Sequence record: DRR723986_1863
Reading direction: 5' to 3' (one strand)
Length of the DNA stretch: 64,000 bases
Part shown: positions 41,557 to 51,272 of the stretch, piece after piece
Position numbering within the stretch: position 1 is the stretch's first letter
Layout: the number at the start of each line of letters is the position of its first letter
Notes under the pieces: model-generated
What the model was told of the DNA's origin: nothing
Databases searched by the model: none
Seen by the model: only the letters and a program-made list of their open reading frames with translations
Made by a program: the position numbers and the translations under genes

Positions 41557-43092
41557 CTATTCGGAAAGCCCGTAAGCTTTGCGCAGACCTCTCTGGGTCT
41601 GCGGGCCGAACTGGCCGTCGATGGTCCCGGTATAGAAAGAGCGTTCTGAAAGTTTCCGTTGAAGGGAGCGCCGTGTCGTGGCCTTGAACATCTTCGGGTT
41701 TTCCGAGAGCTGGCTCAAAACTTCCTCGTTGCCGGATCTCAAGGCGCGATAAAGATATTCTGCCGCATCGTCCGGTTTCTTGCCATCGACCACGCCGTCA
41801 TCGATCAGAGCTGCGTAATTGAACATTGCTTCCGGGTGCCGCTGATCGGCAGCCTTTCCGAACAGCTCGATTGCCTTTTTCGGATCACGCGCGATCCCCA
41901 GGCCGCCCTGATAATAAAGGAACCCGAGATCGTTGATGGCATCCGCAAAGCCCTCGTCTGCGGACTTGCGAAACAGTTCCAATGCCTTTTCGACATCCTG
42001 TTCGACGCCAATGCCGCGCTCATACATGCGGGCAAGCTCGAACATGGCTTCAGGATCACCCGCTTCCGATGCAGTTTCCAGAAATGCTGCCGCGCGGGAG
42101 GGATCGTAGCGGTCCTCGCTCGGGTTGAGGCGCATGTAGGCAAGGCCTTTAAGCGCCCTGCTGTCGCCCTCCCTTGCCGCCACCTGCAACTGCTCTTCCT
42201 GGCTGACTTCAAGGCGCCCCCAGGCGTTAAGACGGTCTGCCGCGGCAAGCACGTTGACCTCCTGGCTGCCGCCCGCAAGGAAGTAGGGTTTGCCGGACAG
42301 TGAACCGTAGGTGTGCGGCTCCTGCGCGTTGGCGGTGGCTTTCAGCACGGAATCGCGCACCTGCCGGAAGGCAAGGCCTATTTCCAGATCCCTGATCTTC
42401 AAGGTCTGGGCCAGTGCCGATGCAAACGGACTGTTTTCACCTGCCCCATCAAGTGCAACGGCTCCTGCTTCGGCGGCGTAGGCCACCAGCGTGCCGCGTT
42501 CGGGAGAAGGTGCTGCCAGCCCGCGGCCGTAAGCCCCCTGATTTACGGTGAGCGTTTCCTGCCCGCCCACATCGGCAAACGGATCGTTCCGGCAGGAATC
42601 CAGGATCACGATCCTGAGCTGCCGCGCCTTGTCGACCGCTTCCAGAATGTCATCGAGAGAAATCGAGGTATCGGCAACCTGCTGCCGGCTGCCGGCCTTG
42701 GCGTCGGAGGGAACCAGGAAATTGCGCCCGCCGACTTCGATCCCGTGTCCGGCAAAATAGACGAGAGCCACATCCGCCGTTTCCGCCTCGAAGGCGAAAC
42801 GGTCCAGCAGTTCCCGGAACTCCGCAAGCCCGATGTTGAAATGTTCGGACACTTCGAAATTCAGTTCGTTCAAGGTATCCGAAATCAGCTTGCCGTCATT
42901 GGTGGTGTTGCTCAGATCGGGAGCGTTCTCATAGCCCGCAATGCCGACCACAAGCGCCATGCGCCGTTCCGCGAACGGGTCCGTCGCCGCGTGAGCTGAC
43001 AGGCCCGTCAGCACCAGAAACACCACAACAGACCAGACAGCCAATCCGTTGATTTTAAAAGTCTTCAACAGCAGTTCGACCCGGTTTCGCAT
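41557..43092 (-). CDS. Caspase-family (C14) peptidase with Sel1 repeats and C-terminal peptidoglycan-binding domain
   Basis: Signal peptide, YFAGHG (His) and ILDSCRND (Cys) dyad, Sel1 repeats (AMFELARMYERGIGVEQD), YTGTIDGQFGPQT; start uncertain. Confidence 0.88.
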   Translation of the reverse strand: MRNRVELLLKTFKINGLAVWSVVVFLVLTGLSAHAATDPFAERRMALVVGIAGYENAPDLSNTTNDGKLISDTLNELNFEVSEHFNIGLAEFRELLDRFAFEAETADVALVYFAGHGIEVGGRNFLVPSDAKAGSRQQVADTSISLDDILEAVDKARQLRIVILDSCRNDPFADVGGQETLTVNQGAYGRGLAAPSPERGTLVAYAAEAGAVALDGAGENSPFASALAQTLKIRDLEIGLAFRQVRDSVLKATANAQEPHTYGSLSGKPYFLAGGSQEVNVLAAADRLNAWGRLEVSQEEQLQVAAREGDSRALKGLAYMRLNPSEDRYDPSRAAAFLETASEAGDPEAMFELARMYERGIGVEQDVEKALELFRKSADEGFADAINDLGFLYYQGGLGIARDPKKAIELFGKAADQRHPEAMFNYAALIDDGVVDGKKPDDAAEYLYRALRSGNEEVLSQLSENPKMFKATTRRSLQRKLSERSFYTGTIDGQFGPQTQRGLRKAYGLSE

Positions 43093-43392
43093 TGGCGCAA
43101 TCACATGAAAACCCTGTTTCCGGCTTGGTACAAGTCCTGGAAACACCGCTTTCATAATTGGCGGATTACCTTGCGAAAACAACCCCTCTTTTCGCAGCGT
43201 CACCTGACTGCTGCTGTGCCCCTCCGACCGGTACAATCCCAAAAAAGCGGCCGGTCCGCGACTAACGAACCGGCCAAGGCGGACATTGCCTGAAGACCAC
43301 ATCAGACAATCCGGGTTGATCAGCCACCGCATGCAATCCCGCGCAATCTTGCGCTGAAAAGCGGCCGCGGACCGTAAAATGCGTCCAGTTGC

Positions 43393-44733
43393 CTACTCCT
43401 CCCGGAAGGCACGTGACATGCTGTCGACGATCGGCTTGGTCAGATACTGCATGAAGGTTCGCTCGGCCGTCTGGATCATGATTTCCGCGGGCATGCCCGG
43501 GGTCGGAACGAAGTTAAGCACCCTTGTCAGTTCGCCCGGTGAGATATCGATGCGAGTGACGTAAACCTCACGCATGATGCCCGTGCTGTTGTCGGTGATT
43601 GCATCTGCAGACACATATTGCACTTCGCCTTCCAGCACCGGAGTGGTGCGTTGATTGAGGGCGGACAGGCGAACAGTGGCCTGCTGGCCGATATGGACGC
43701 TGTCGATATCGGTTCGCGAAATCAGTGCCTCGATGATCAGCGGTGCGTCGGACGGCAGAATCTCGACAATCGTCTTGCCGCTTTCGATAACCCCACCGGC
43801 TGTGTGGTAGTGCATGCGTACGATGGTGCCCGAAACCGGTGCCTGAATGACGGCACGTTCAAGAACGTTGCGCGCCTTGCGGGACTGCTCTCTTGCCGCA
43901 TCCAGCTCGGCCTCGATCGATTGCAGGTCATCAAGCACCTTCTCGTTATAGGCAGCCCGTGTCTGCTTGACCTGTTCCTGGTGTTGCAGGACCTGGGCAT
44001 TGGCTTCCTGCATGGACGATGCCAGCCTTCCGATCTGCCCTTCCGCTTCTGCGATCGCTCTTTCCAGTGCATTCAGGGTCGGCTTCAGAAGAAGGCCTTT
44101 TTCGAAGAGAAGTTTCTTGCCCGTGTGTTCTTCCTCCAAGATCGCAAGCTGCCTGATCATGGCATCATGCTGTTCACGGTAGCCGTCGCGGCGGTGCTGA
44201 AGGGATTCGATCGTGCTCTCCAGAATCCTGATATCGCTCGTCAGCTTGGCCTGGGATCCGATGAAACTTAGCTTCTGGCCGGCGATGATGGTGGCAATTT
44301 CCTCATCGTCCTTCAGGTCCAGCAATGTTTGCGGGAATTCCACCTCCTTCAGCCAGAGATATTCGGCGCGCAGACGGGCGTTGATCGCTTCCAGCCGCGC
44401 CAGCTTGAGACCCAGCTGTCGCTCGTTTGCGGATGCGACGGTTTCGTCGAGACGAACAATCGGATCGCCTTTTTGAACGCGCTCGCCCTCCTGCACCAGG
44501 ATCTCCTTCACGATCCCGCCTTCGTAGTGCTGAATCTGCTTGTTCTGTCCGGTTGCGACAAAGGTTCCGCTTGAAATCACGGCGGCTGCCAACGGCGCGG
44601 TAAAGGACCAGGCGGCAAAGCCTCCTATGAAGAAGACCAGCATGAAAACGCCGATCAGCGTGTGCCAGAAAATCGATCTCGGCACTGCCGAATACCAGTC
44701 CATCGGTTCGTGATGTGTCAGAGCGTTGCTCAT
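43393..44733 (-). CDS. Type I secretion HlyD/PrtE-family adaptor
   Basis: N-terminal TM helix, IQHYEGGIVKEILV, APVSGTI, PGMPAE, YLTKPIVDSMSRAFRE. Confidence 0.93.
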   Translation of the reverse strand: MSNALTHHEPMDWYSAVPRSIFWHTLIGVFMLVFFIGGFAAWSFTAPLAAAVISSGTFVATGQNKQIQHYEGGIVKEILVQEGERVQKGDPIVRLDETVASANERQLGLKLARLEAINARLRAEYLWLKEVEFPQTLLDLKDDEEIATIIAGQKLSFIGSQAKLTSDIRILESTIESLQHRRDGYREQHDAMIRQLAILEEEHTGKKLLFEKGLLLKPTLNALERAIAEAEGQIGRLASSMQEANAQVLQHQEQVKQTRAAYNEKVLDDLQSIEAELDAAREQSRKARNVLERAVIQAPVSGTIVRMHYHTAGGVIESGKTIVEILPSDAPLIIEALISRTDIDSVHIGQQATVRLSALNQRTTPVLEGEVQYVSADAITDNSTGIMREVYVTRIDISPGELTRVLNFVPTPGMPAEIMIQTAERTFMQYLTKPIVDSMSRAFREE

Positions 44734-44775
44734 CTTTTCCCCCTGGCTTGAGCCGTCCCTGGCGGCTGCCAACGC

Positions 44776-46737
44776 TTATCCTTGTTGCTGAACCGCTCTT
44801 TGTTTCTTCCGGTCGGCAAGGAGTTCCAGCACCTCGTTGCGGAAGCCGAACATGCTGATGGAGCCGTCGGCCAGAACGAGGATCCGGTCGACACATTTCA
44901 GCAGGGATGGCTTTTGCGTGATCGCGACGACGGTGATGCCTTCGGCCTTGGCATGTGCCATTGCCCGTGCAAGTGCCTCGTCGCCATTGGTGTCCAGATT
45001 TGAGTTGGGTTCGTCCAGAACGACGAAACGTGGATTACCGAAGAACGCCCTGGCAAGCGCGATACGCTGCTTCTGACCGCCTGACAGCGGCGCACCGTCA
45101 GCCGCGACGACCGTTTCGTAGCCGTGGGCCAATTCGGAAATCATGGCGTGCACGTCGGCCAGACAGGCAGCTTCGTAGATCTGCTCGTCCGAAGCATCTT
45201 CGCGCATGCGGCCGATGTTCTGCTTGATCGTGCCCGGGAAGAGCTGAACGTCCTGCGGCAGATAACCGATGTTCTCACCCAGCTGCCGCTGGTTCCAGTT
45301 GCGCAGGTCCATCAGGTCCAGACGCACCGCGCCCGATGTCGGCAGGATGGACCCCACCAGCATCTTGCCGAGTGTGGTTTTGCCGGCTCCCGAGTTGCCG
45401 ATGATCGCAAGAGAGTCCCCGGCTTTCAGCGAAAAGGTGATGCTGTTGAGCACGACCCGCTTGGTCCCCTGGGGCACGTAAAGCAGGCGTTCGACATCAA
45501 GCCGGCCTTGCGGCTTGGGCAGAACGAGACGTTCGGAATTGAGCGGCGAGGATTTCAGCAGTGTCGAGATCCGGCCATAGGAATTGCGCGACAGCAGATA
45601 CTGGTTCCAGCCTTCGATCGCGCCCTCGATGGGCGACAGAGCCCGGCCGCCGATAATGGAGGCGGCAATCACCATGCCCCCGGTCAGTTCACCCTGGATG
45701 GCAAGGAATGACCCCCACCCGAGCATCGCCACCTGCGTCAGAAGCCGGACCGCCTTGGTGATGGAGGCCGAAACAATGTTTCTGTCCTGCGCACTGACCT
45801 GCGCGCGCAGCGAAGCAGCCGTATCGCGCCCCCACAGGTGAACCGCTTCCGGGATCATGGCCAGTGCGTTGATGATCTGCGAATTCCTGGACATGGCATC
45901 CAGATGCAGGTTCGCCTTGCTCTGGTTCTGGTTGGCATCGCTGAAATGCCGGGACGTGATCTTCTGGTTGATCACCGCGATCACGAGCAGGATCACACAG
46001 GTGCCACCGACGATCATCCCGAGGTGCGGATGAATGAGGTAGATCGCGACCAGGAAAAGCGGCGCGAAGGGACCGTCCAGAAATGCCATCATGGTGCCGG
46101 ACACCAGAAAACCCCGCAATTGCTGCAGGTCGTTCAGGATCTGGTACTCCTTGCCGTTGCTGTTGAGCGAAGCTCGTGCGGCGGCTGCGAGGATGGGTGA
46201 ACCCAGTTGCGATGCGAGTTCGACCGCCGTGCGCATAAGAATGAAGCGGCGGATGGCATCGAAGGCTGCCTGCAGCAGGACCGCCCCGACGATCACGCCT
46301 GTCAGCATGACCAGCGTGTCCAGCGAGCGGCTGGTCAGGACCCGGTCCGAGATCTGGAACAGATAGACCGGAATTGACAGCACAAGCACATTGATGACGC
46401 AGGAAAACATCAGCACGATGAGTAGATTGCGCCGAACGGCGGCGACGCCGTTTTCGAGTGCCTTGGAAAGATCGGGCGGTGTCGTCCGTTGGTGGAACTC
46501 GGGCTTTTCAGCCTTGGCTTTGCCTGTGCCTGTGCCAGTGCCTGTCCGGGCGGACTTGCCGCCGTCCGCCGGTTTCGCTCTTGCGTCTCCCGACTTCAGG
46601 GTTGGTCCGCCTGCAACGGCTGCTGCCTCTGCGCCGACAAGTCGTGCATCACCCTTTTTCGCATCGGGGCCTAGCACCTGCGGCTCACCCGCCCGGCTCG
46701 TCCGCTGCCCATCGGCAACATCATATGAAATGGTCAT
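44776..46737 (-). CDS. Type I secretion ABC transporter (PrtD/AprD-like, no C39 domain)
   Basis: DRVLTSRS, GNSGAGKT, GYLPQDVQLF, LSGGQKQRIALARA, LDEPNSNLD; low-complexity N-terminal extension. Confidence 0.93.
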   Translation of the reverse strand: MTISYDVADGQRTSRAGEPQVLGPDAKKGDARLVGAEAAAVAGGPTLKSGDARAKPADGGKSARTGTGTGTGKAKAEKPEFHQRTTPPDLSKALENGVAAVRRNLLIVLMFSCVINVLVLSIPVYLFQISDRVLTSRSLDTLVMLTGVIVGAVLLQAAFDAIRRFILMRTAVELASQLGSPILAAAARASLNSNGKEYQILNDLQQLRGFLVSGTMMAFLDGPFAPLFLVAIYLIHPHLGMIVGGTCVILLVIAVINQKITSRHFSDANQNQSKANLHLDAMSRNSQIINALAMIPEAVHLWGRDTAASLRAQVSAQDRNIVSASITKAVRLLTQVAMLGWGSFLAIQGELTGGMVIAASIIGGRALSPIEGAIEGWNQYLLSRNSYGRISTLLKSSPLNSERLVLPKPQGRLDVERLLYVPQGTKRVVLNSITFSLKAGDSLAIIGNSGAGKTTLGKMLVGSILPTSGAVRLDLMDLRNWNQRQLGENIGYLPQDVQLFPGTIKQNIGRMREDASDEQIYEAACLADVHAMISELAHGYETVVAADGAPLSGGQKQRIALARAFFGNPRFVVLDEPNSNLDTNGDEALARAMAHAKAEGITVVAITQKPSLLKCVDRILVLADGSISMFGFRNEVLELLADRKKQRAVQQQG

Positions 46738-46749
46738 GAGCTGCCTCCC

Positions 46750-48774
46750 CTAAGCGACCATTGTCGCCATCGGATCGACACAGACCTCGTCCGGCACCTG
46801 GTTCAGGTTGACGGTTTCAAGATCGTTGTCACCATTGGTCAGCATGCCGTCGGCCAGGAAGACAACGGCCTCCGACGCAAGACCCGCCCCGCCGTGACCA
46901 GGTTGCTCGACATCTGCGGTCAGGATCTCCGCCTGGTAAAGCAAAGCTTCCGAATAGGTGTCGCCACCGACGCGAATAACATTGTCCACGCTGGCTTCCT
47001 GGATCACCGCGGCATTGTAGAGAAGGTTTGAATCGCCGTTGATGCTGGTGCCTTCGCTTGAGACATCGACCCCAAGCGTGGCGATGCTGTCGCTGTCGCC
47101 CAGGATATTGACCTGTTCGAGGTAATTGATGTCGTAGACATCACCGGAGATATAAAGAACGTTCAGCTGGTTGAAAGGCGAGGTTTCCCCGCTGAAGAGC
47201 CCGGCCAGGAAGTCATCGCCGAGATCCTCTTCACCTGCCGTTGCGAGCCGGTTCGCGCTTGCCGGATCCAGGTCGACGACGGAACTGTTGTAGTTGGAAA
47301 CGATATAGGCCTCGTTCCAGAGCAGATTGTCGATCTGCCCGTCAGGCATCGGCATGGAAGCGTCTTGTGTACCTTCGGCAATGACCTGATCGAAATTGAC
47401 CATGACGTTGGTCTGGCTGATCACATTGGCCGAGTAATAGTCGCCTCCGATCAGGATCAGATCGAAAAAGGTGCTCAGCTCCGTAAGGTTGAGAGCATTT
47501 GTCAGAATATTGCCACCGGACATGATCGTCGTGCCCGAGCCGTCTTCCTGGTAGACGATGGTGTCGTTGTCGACCAGGTAGTTCTTCTGGGTCAGCCAGT
47601 TCACGAAGGTCATGTCACCGTCGTGGAAGGTGACATCCCAGAGAGAATGATTACCGACCGGAGCAACATCCATGGGCAGATCCGAACCGGTGTTCATGAT
47701 CGATGCGATGTTGTAGCTGCCGGTACTCGGATCCGTCGCCCACTCGCCAAGACCCGCCAGATGCGGCGCTGCCAGAACATTTGTCTGGCTGATAATGTCG
47801 AGATCGTAATAATCGCCGGCCACAGCTATGGTCGCGGCCTTGCCCCAGACGTCCGCCAGAATGGCCTGATTGATCAGTGTGTTGTTGCCGGCACTGATTT
47901 GCAGCGAAGCGGAGGTTCCGGCGGTGTCCACCAGCGAAGCCAACTCGCCTGAGGCGCTTTGCGGTCCCTCGAGCACCACGTCATCGGAGTTCGCTTCGGC
48001 GTCATCGTCCGGAGCACGACCCCTCAAATGCTTGATGACTTCATCAAGACGGGCGGCTTCCTCGACAACGATACCGTTCTGATAGAGCTGCCCGGTGTCA
48101 TCTCCGGTTGCCAGAACCTGTTGCCCGACACCGGGAGCGCCGGTTTGCATGGTTTGGGCTGTTTCCGTCCAGGCTGCGACGGTCGCGCTCAGATTGCCAG
48201 CCGGATTGTCTGCTTCCGTAAAGCTGAACCTGCCGGTGATCCCGGCAGCCTCCAGCGCATCGAGGAAGGAGATGAGTGATGGTGCTTCGTAATCGAAATG
48301 ATAGTGGAGACCCGTGTTGGACAGATAGTCGTTGTCCTCCAGCACGTTTTCGGACCGGGACACAACGGCGAAGCTGTTGGGCAGCACTTCGTGCTGGAAC
48401 GTTATGAAGCGGACACCGCCTGTCAGCGCGATGGTGTAGGGATTGAAAGTCCCCTCAACCGGCGGCGGCATCAGATGTGCCCGCATGCCAATGCCATCCC
48501 ACTCATAAAAGTTCAGGGCGGCGGGAACGTCGTCGTAGTAGCTGTAACCATCGAATTCGTAATGGATATTCGGATTGAGGTCGAGCAGCTGATAGTCCGG
48601 CCAGACTGTCGGCAGCGCCTCCATCGTCTCACCTTGCTCTGCCTGTTCGGCAGCAAGCTGTGCCGCGCGGAATTCAAGATACTCAAGGCGGGCGCGGGCC
48701 TCCTCGAGTGACATGGAAAAGCTTCCTACAAAATGCGAAATCGCTTCACGCGTAAGGTCATCATAAAAAAACAT
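46750..48774 (-). CDS. Large acidic protein with about five internal repeats, probable T1SS substrate
   Basis: 674-aa ORF directly upstream of the ABC gene, no signal peptide, recurring QxNxL / NxLxNxAxI / GGDxY motifs. Confidence 0.8.
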   Translation of the reverse strand: MFFYDDLTREAISHFVGSFSMSLEEARARLEYLEFRAAQLAAEQAEQGETMEALPTVWPDYQLLDLNPNIHYEFDGYSYYDDVPAALNFYEWDGIGMRAHLMPPPVEGTFNPYTIALTGGVRFITFQHEVLPNSFAVVSRSENVLEDNDYLSNTGLHYHFDYEAPSLISFLDALEAAGITGRFSFTEADNPAGNLSATVAAWTETAQTMQTGAPGVGQQVLATGDDTGQLYQNGIVVEEAARLDEVIKHLRGRAPDDDAEANSDDVVLEGPQSASGELASLVDTAGTSASLQISAGNNTLINQAILADVWGKAATIAVAGDYYDLDIISQTNVLAAPHLAGLGEWATDPSTGSYNIASIMNTGSDLPMDVAPVGNHSLWDVTFHDGDMTFVNWLTQKNYLVDNDTIVYQEDGSGTTIMSGGNILTNALNLTELSTFFDLILIGGDYYSANVISQTNVMVNFDQVIAEGTQDASMPMPDGQIDNLLWNEAYIVSNYNSSVVDLDPASANRLATAGEEDLGDDFLAGLFSGETSPFNQLNVLYISGDVYDINYLEQVNILGDSDSIATLGVDVSSEGTSINGDSNLLYNAAVIQEASVDNVIRVGGDTYSEALLYQAEILTADVEQPGHGGAGLASEAVVFLADGMLTNGDNDLETVNLNQVPDEVCVDPMATMVA

Positions 48775-48849
48775 GTCAGCCCCCTAATCTGAATGAAGGG
48801 TCGTTTTCGCGGTCAAACTCGCGCGAATCTAATAACGAGAGGCCGCGTT

Positions 48850-48885
48850 CAGCAGGCGCGGAGCAAGTGAGCTCCGCGCCTGCTG
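48850..48885. terminator. Perfect 15-bp intercistronic hairpin (mRNA stabiliser or attenuator)
   Basis: CAGCAGGCGCGGAGC-AAGTGA-GCTCCGCGCCTGCTG; no U-tract on the coding (minus) strand. Confidence 0.7.
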
Positions 48886-48926
48886 CTGTTTTCCGGAATT
48901 GAAAATCAATTCAGGAACAAACCGGA

Positions 48927-49679
48927 TCAGCTCAGGGAGCCGAGATCTTCACCGGTCATCAGGCTGTCCATGTTGCCGCCGACAATGGTCATGTCGACAG
49001 AGTTGTTCAGGATGTTTTCGCCCTGCACAAGCGTGTTGGTGAATGCCGATGCATCGTTGGAAGCGGATGCTTCAGCCGCATTCATGCCCTGGACGAGCGC
49101 ATCGTCATCAGCAATGACGCTGACGCTGCCGGAACCGAGGTCATCGATTTCCAGATTGCCTTCCAGGTCGACCGACATGCCATGGAAACCGGCATGACCG
49201 AACCAGGTGCCGACATGGCCACCGAATGCCTGCATGTCAGCATCGACATATGCCGACCCGCTGGAGCCGCCTGCCGAAATACCGTCATCGGTTTCGGCAT
49301 CGCCACCCTTGGCACTCAGGGTCTGGTTGAAGCCGGCGTTGTTGGTTGCCGTCGTACCGTTGGCCCAGTCGTTGTCTTCCAGCTGGTTGCTGTTGTTGAG
49401 CACGACACCGGCATCATTGCCGCCACCATTGAGGGCTTCGTTCAAAATGTCTTCAACGGTGATGTCGTCGCCCGGGCTGTAGTCGATGCCGCCGTTGACG
49501 CTCACGAGCATCTCGTCGACTTCAGCGCATTCTTCCAGGTCGATGTCCACGACATCGTCGTCGTCATAAACAAAACCTTCTTCGAAGTTCATCACGACTT
49601 CGGCCTTGTTGATGATCTTCGAGTCATCGACTGCATCGAAATCAGAGTAATTGAATTGAGTTCCACGCTTACCAGACAT
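48927..49679 (-). CDS. Acidic Asp/Asn/Gly-rich protein B, probable T1SS substrate
   Basis: RBS AAGGA, no signal peptide, paralog of 49817-50542. Confidence 0.82.
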   Translation of the reverse strand: MSGKRGTQFNYSDFDAVDDSKIINKAEVVMNFEEGFVYDDDDVVDIDLEECAEVDEMLVSVNGGIDYSPGDDITVEDILNEALNGGGNDAGVVLNNSNQLEDNDWANGTTATNNAGFNQTLSAKGGDAETDDGISAGGSSGSAYVDADMQAFGGHVGTWFGHAGFHGMSVDLEGNLEIDDLGSGSVSVIADDDALVQGMNAAEASASNDASAFTNTLVQGENILNNSVDMTIVGGNMDSLMTGEDLGSLS

Positions 49680-49816
49680 GATAATAGTCCTTGTTCATCG
49701 CGGCGAGCCAGGTCTCGCAAGACCGGCGTTCACACCGCATTCTGACTTGGAAACGGGCGCAGCTGGCGTTTCGGAAACAGGTTCGAAACAGAAAACCGCG
49801 GCGCCGATCGAACATC

Positions 49817-50542
49817 TTAGAGCTCGTCCTCACCAACGCTGTCGGTGTAGAGATCACCGCCGACAATCGTCGTGTCGACCGAGTTGTTGAGAATGTTCGC
49901 ACCCTGCACCAGCTCGTTGACGAACGCTTCGGTTGCGTTGGCGGCATTGGCAGCAGCCATCACTTCACCAATCACCGTCGCATCATCAAGGGCATCCACG
50001 GTCATGGACGACCCACCGAAAGCCAGACCGTCATCAGCTTCCGCCGAACCGCCGTTGGCAGTCAGCTTCTGCGTGAAGGACCCTTCATTGGCGACAAAGG
50101 TGTCTTTTGCCCAGTCATTGTCTTCCAGCTGGTTGCTGTTGTTGATTGCAATGCCGGTATCGTTCCCAAGGCCGTTCAGCGCATCATTGAGGACGTCTTC
50201 GACCTTGATATCGTCGCCCGGGTCGAAGTCGATATTGCCTTTCGCAATCAGAATGTCCTCGACACTCGCATGGTCGCCGATGTCCAGGTCAATGTTGTCG
50301 ACGTCCGAAGGACCGTTCTCGAAATCCACATTGATGACAGGATCGAAATCACTGTCGACATACTTGAACACCTGGTTGTTCACATCCTGGGTGTTGTCGT
50401 CGTCCGAGTATTCCCACTCGTAGCTCTTCGAATTGTCGATGTTTATTTCGTGATTATAGTTGGTGTTGTACTCGCTAGAATAAGTCGGATTGAACGACTT
50501 ATCGATGTTCAGCTCGTTTTTATGCCAAACGTATTCGCTCAT
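49817..50542 (-). CDS. Acidic Asp/Asn-rich protein A, probable T1SS substrate
   Basis: RBS GAGGA, no signal peptide, no Arg or Cys, paralog of 48927-49679. Confidence 0.82.
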   Translation of the reverse strand: MSEYVWHKNELNIDKSFNPTYSSEYNTNYNHEINIDNSKSYEWEYSDDDNTQDVNNQVFKYVDSDFDPVINVDFENGPSDVDNIDLDIGDHASVEDILIAKGNIDFDPGDDIKVEDVLNDALNGLGNDTGIAINNSNQLEDNDWAKDTFVANEGSFTQKLTANGGSAEADDGLAFGGSSMTVDALDDATVIGEVMAAANAANATEAFVNELVQGANILNNSVDTTIVGGDLYTDSVGEDEL

Positions 50543-51272
50543 GGTTCTGTCCTCAGATCGGACAGCTCGGCAGATCGTCTTCTATCGATTTGCATAGGGC
50601 TGTCGTGGTTAAGAGGAGCGTTACCGCCCCAGATCAAATGGAAAATGGCAAAAACAACCACCTCAGCTAATCAAAATAGATTTAGCTGCTCCATTTACTC
50701 TTCGGCTGGAAGTCAAATTTGAGGATTGGGATCCACAAACCGAGGATTTACACAAATACGAGAATCTCCCAGCCGATGAAAACAATGACAGAACAGGGAG
50801 ATTTCAATAAGCTGGAAATCTTAACTAAACATTTACCATTCAAGTTTCGCGAATATCTAGCGACATAGGTAAATCACGCGAGGTCAAAAAAAGTATTTAA
50901 TTGCAATATCTTGAAGCAAAATCTGATCCGCGACTAAATCGAATTATTAATATAACCTAAGGTAAGTTTGTTATATACAAGTTATGGGTGAGGAGAAATT
51001 CAGACTAGGGGGTCACTGCACAAATCCCTGTTAATACTGCGATTTGGACGGCATGTTCATTTTCCGACAGCCACCCATTTCCCGCACCTATCCTTGGTCT
51101 GAACAAACAAGATAAGAAATTTTATTATTTTAAGAACCGCATGGCTAATGCCGACGGCAGAATAAGCCGGATGAATATTTACAAAAACGCTTCTCCCAGG
51201 CCCTGTTTCTGGCAATTGCAAGTGAAAGAGAGTCAAAATTAAATTTTATCTTAGTTTGTAGGGGTGACAGTA
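50543..51272. promoter_or_regulatory. Long AT-rich divergent control region
   Basis: About 730 nt with no convincing CDS; contains TTAA-N7-TTTACCAT (50821-50839), ACCTAAGGT (50955-50963) and TTGTTATATACAA (50968-50980). Confidence 0.65.

Noticed and set aside
46523-46546. GCCTGT hexamer repeat as a contingency locus
   Set aside because: Short, imperfect and in frame (TGTGTGTG) within a low-complexity linker
46750-50542. Calling the acidic proteins RTX toxins, curli or Fap
   Set aside because: No GGxGxDxUx arrays, no Sec signals, and no csg/fap accessory genes; the similarity is architectural only
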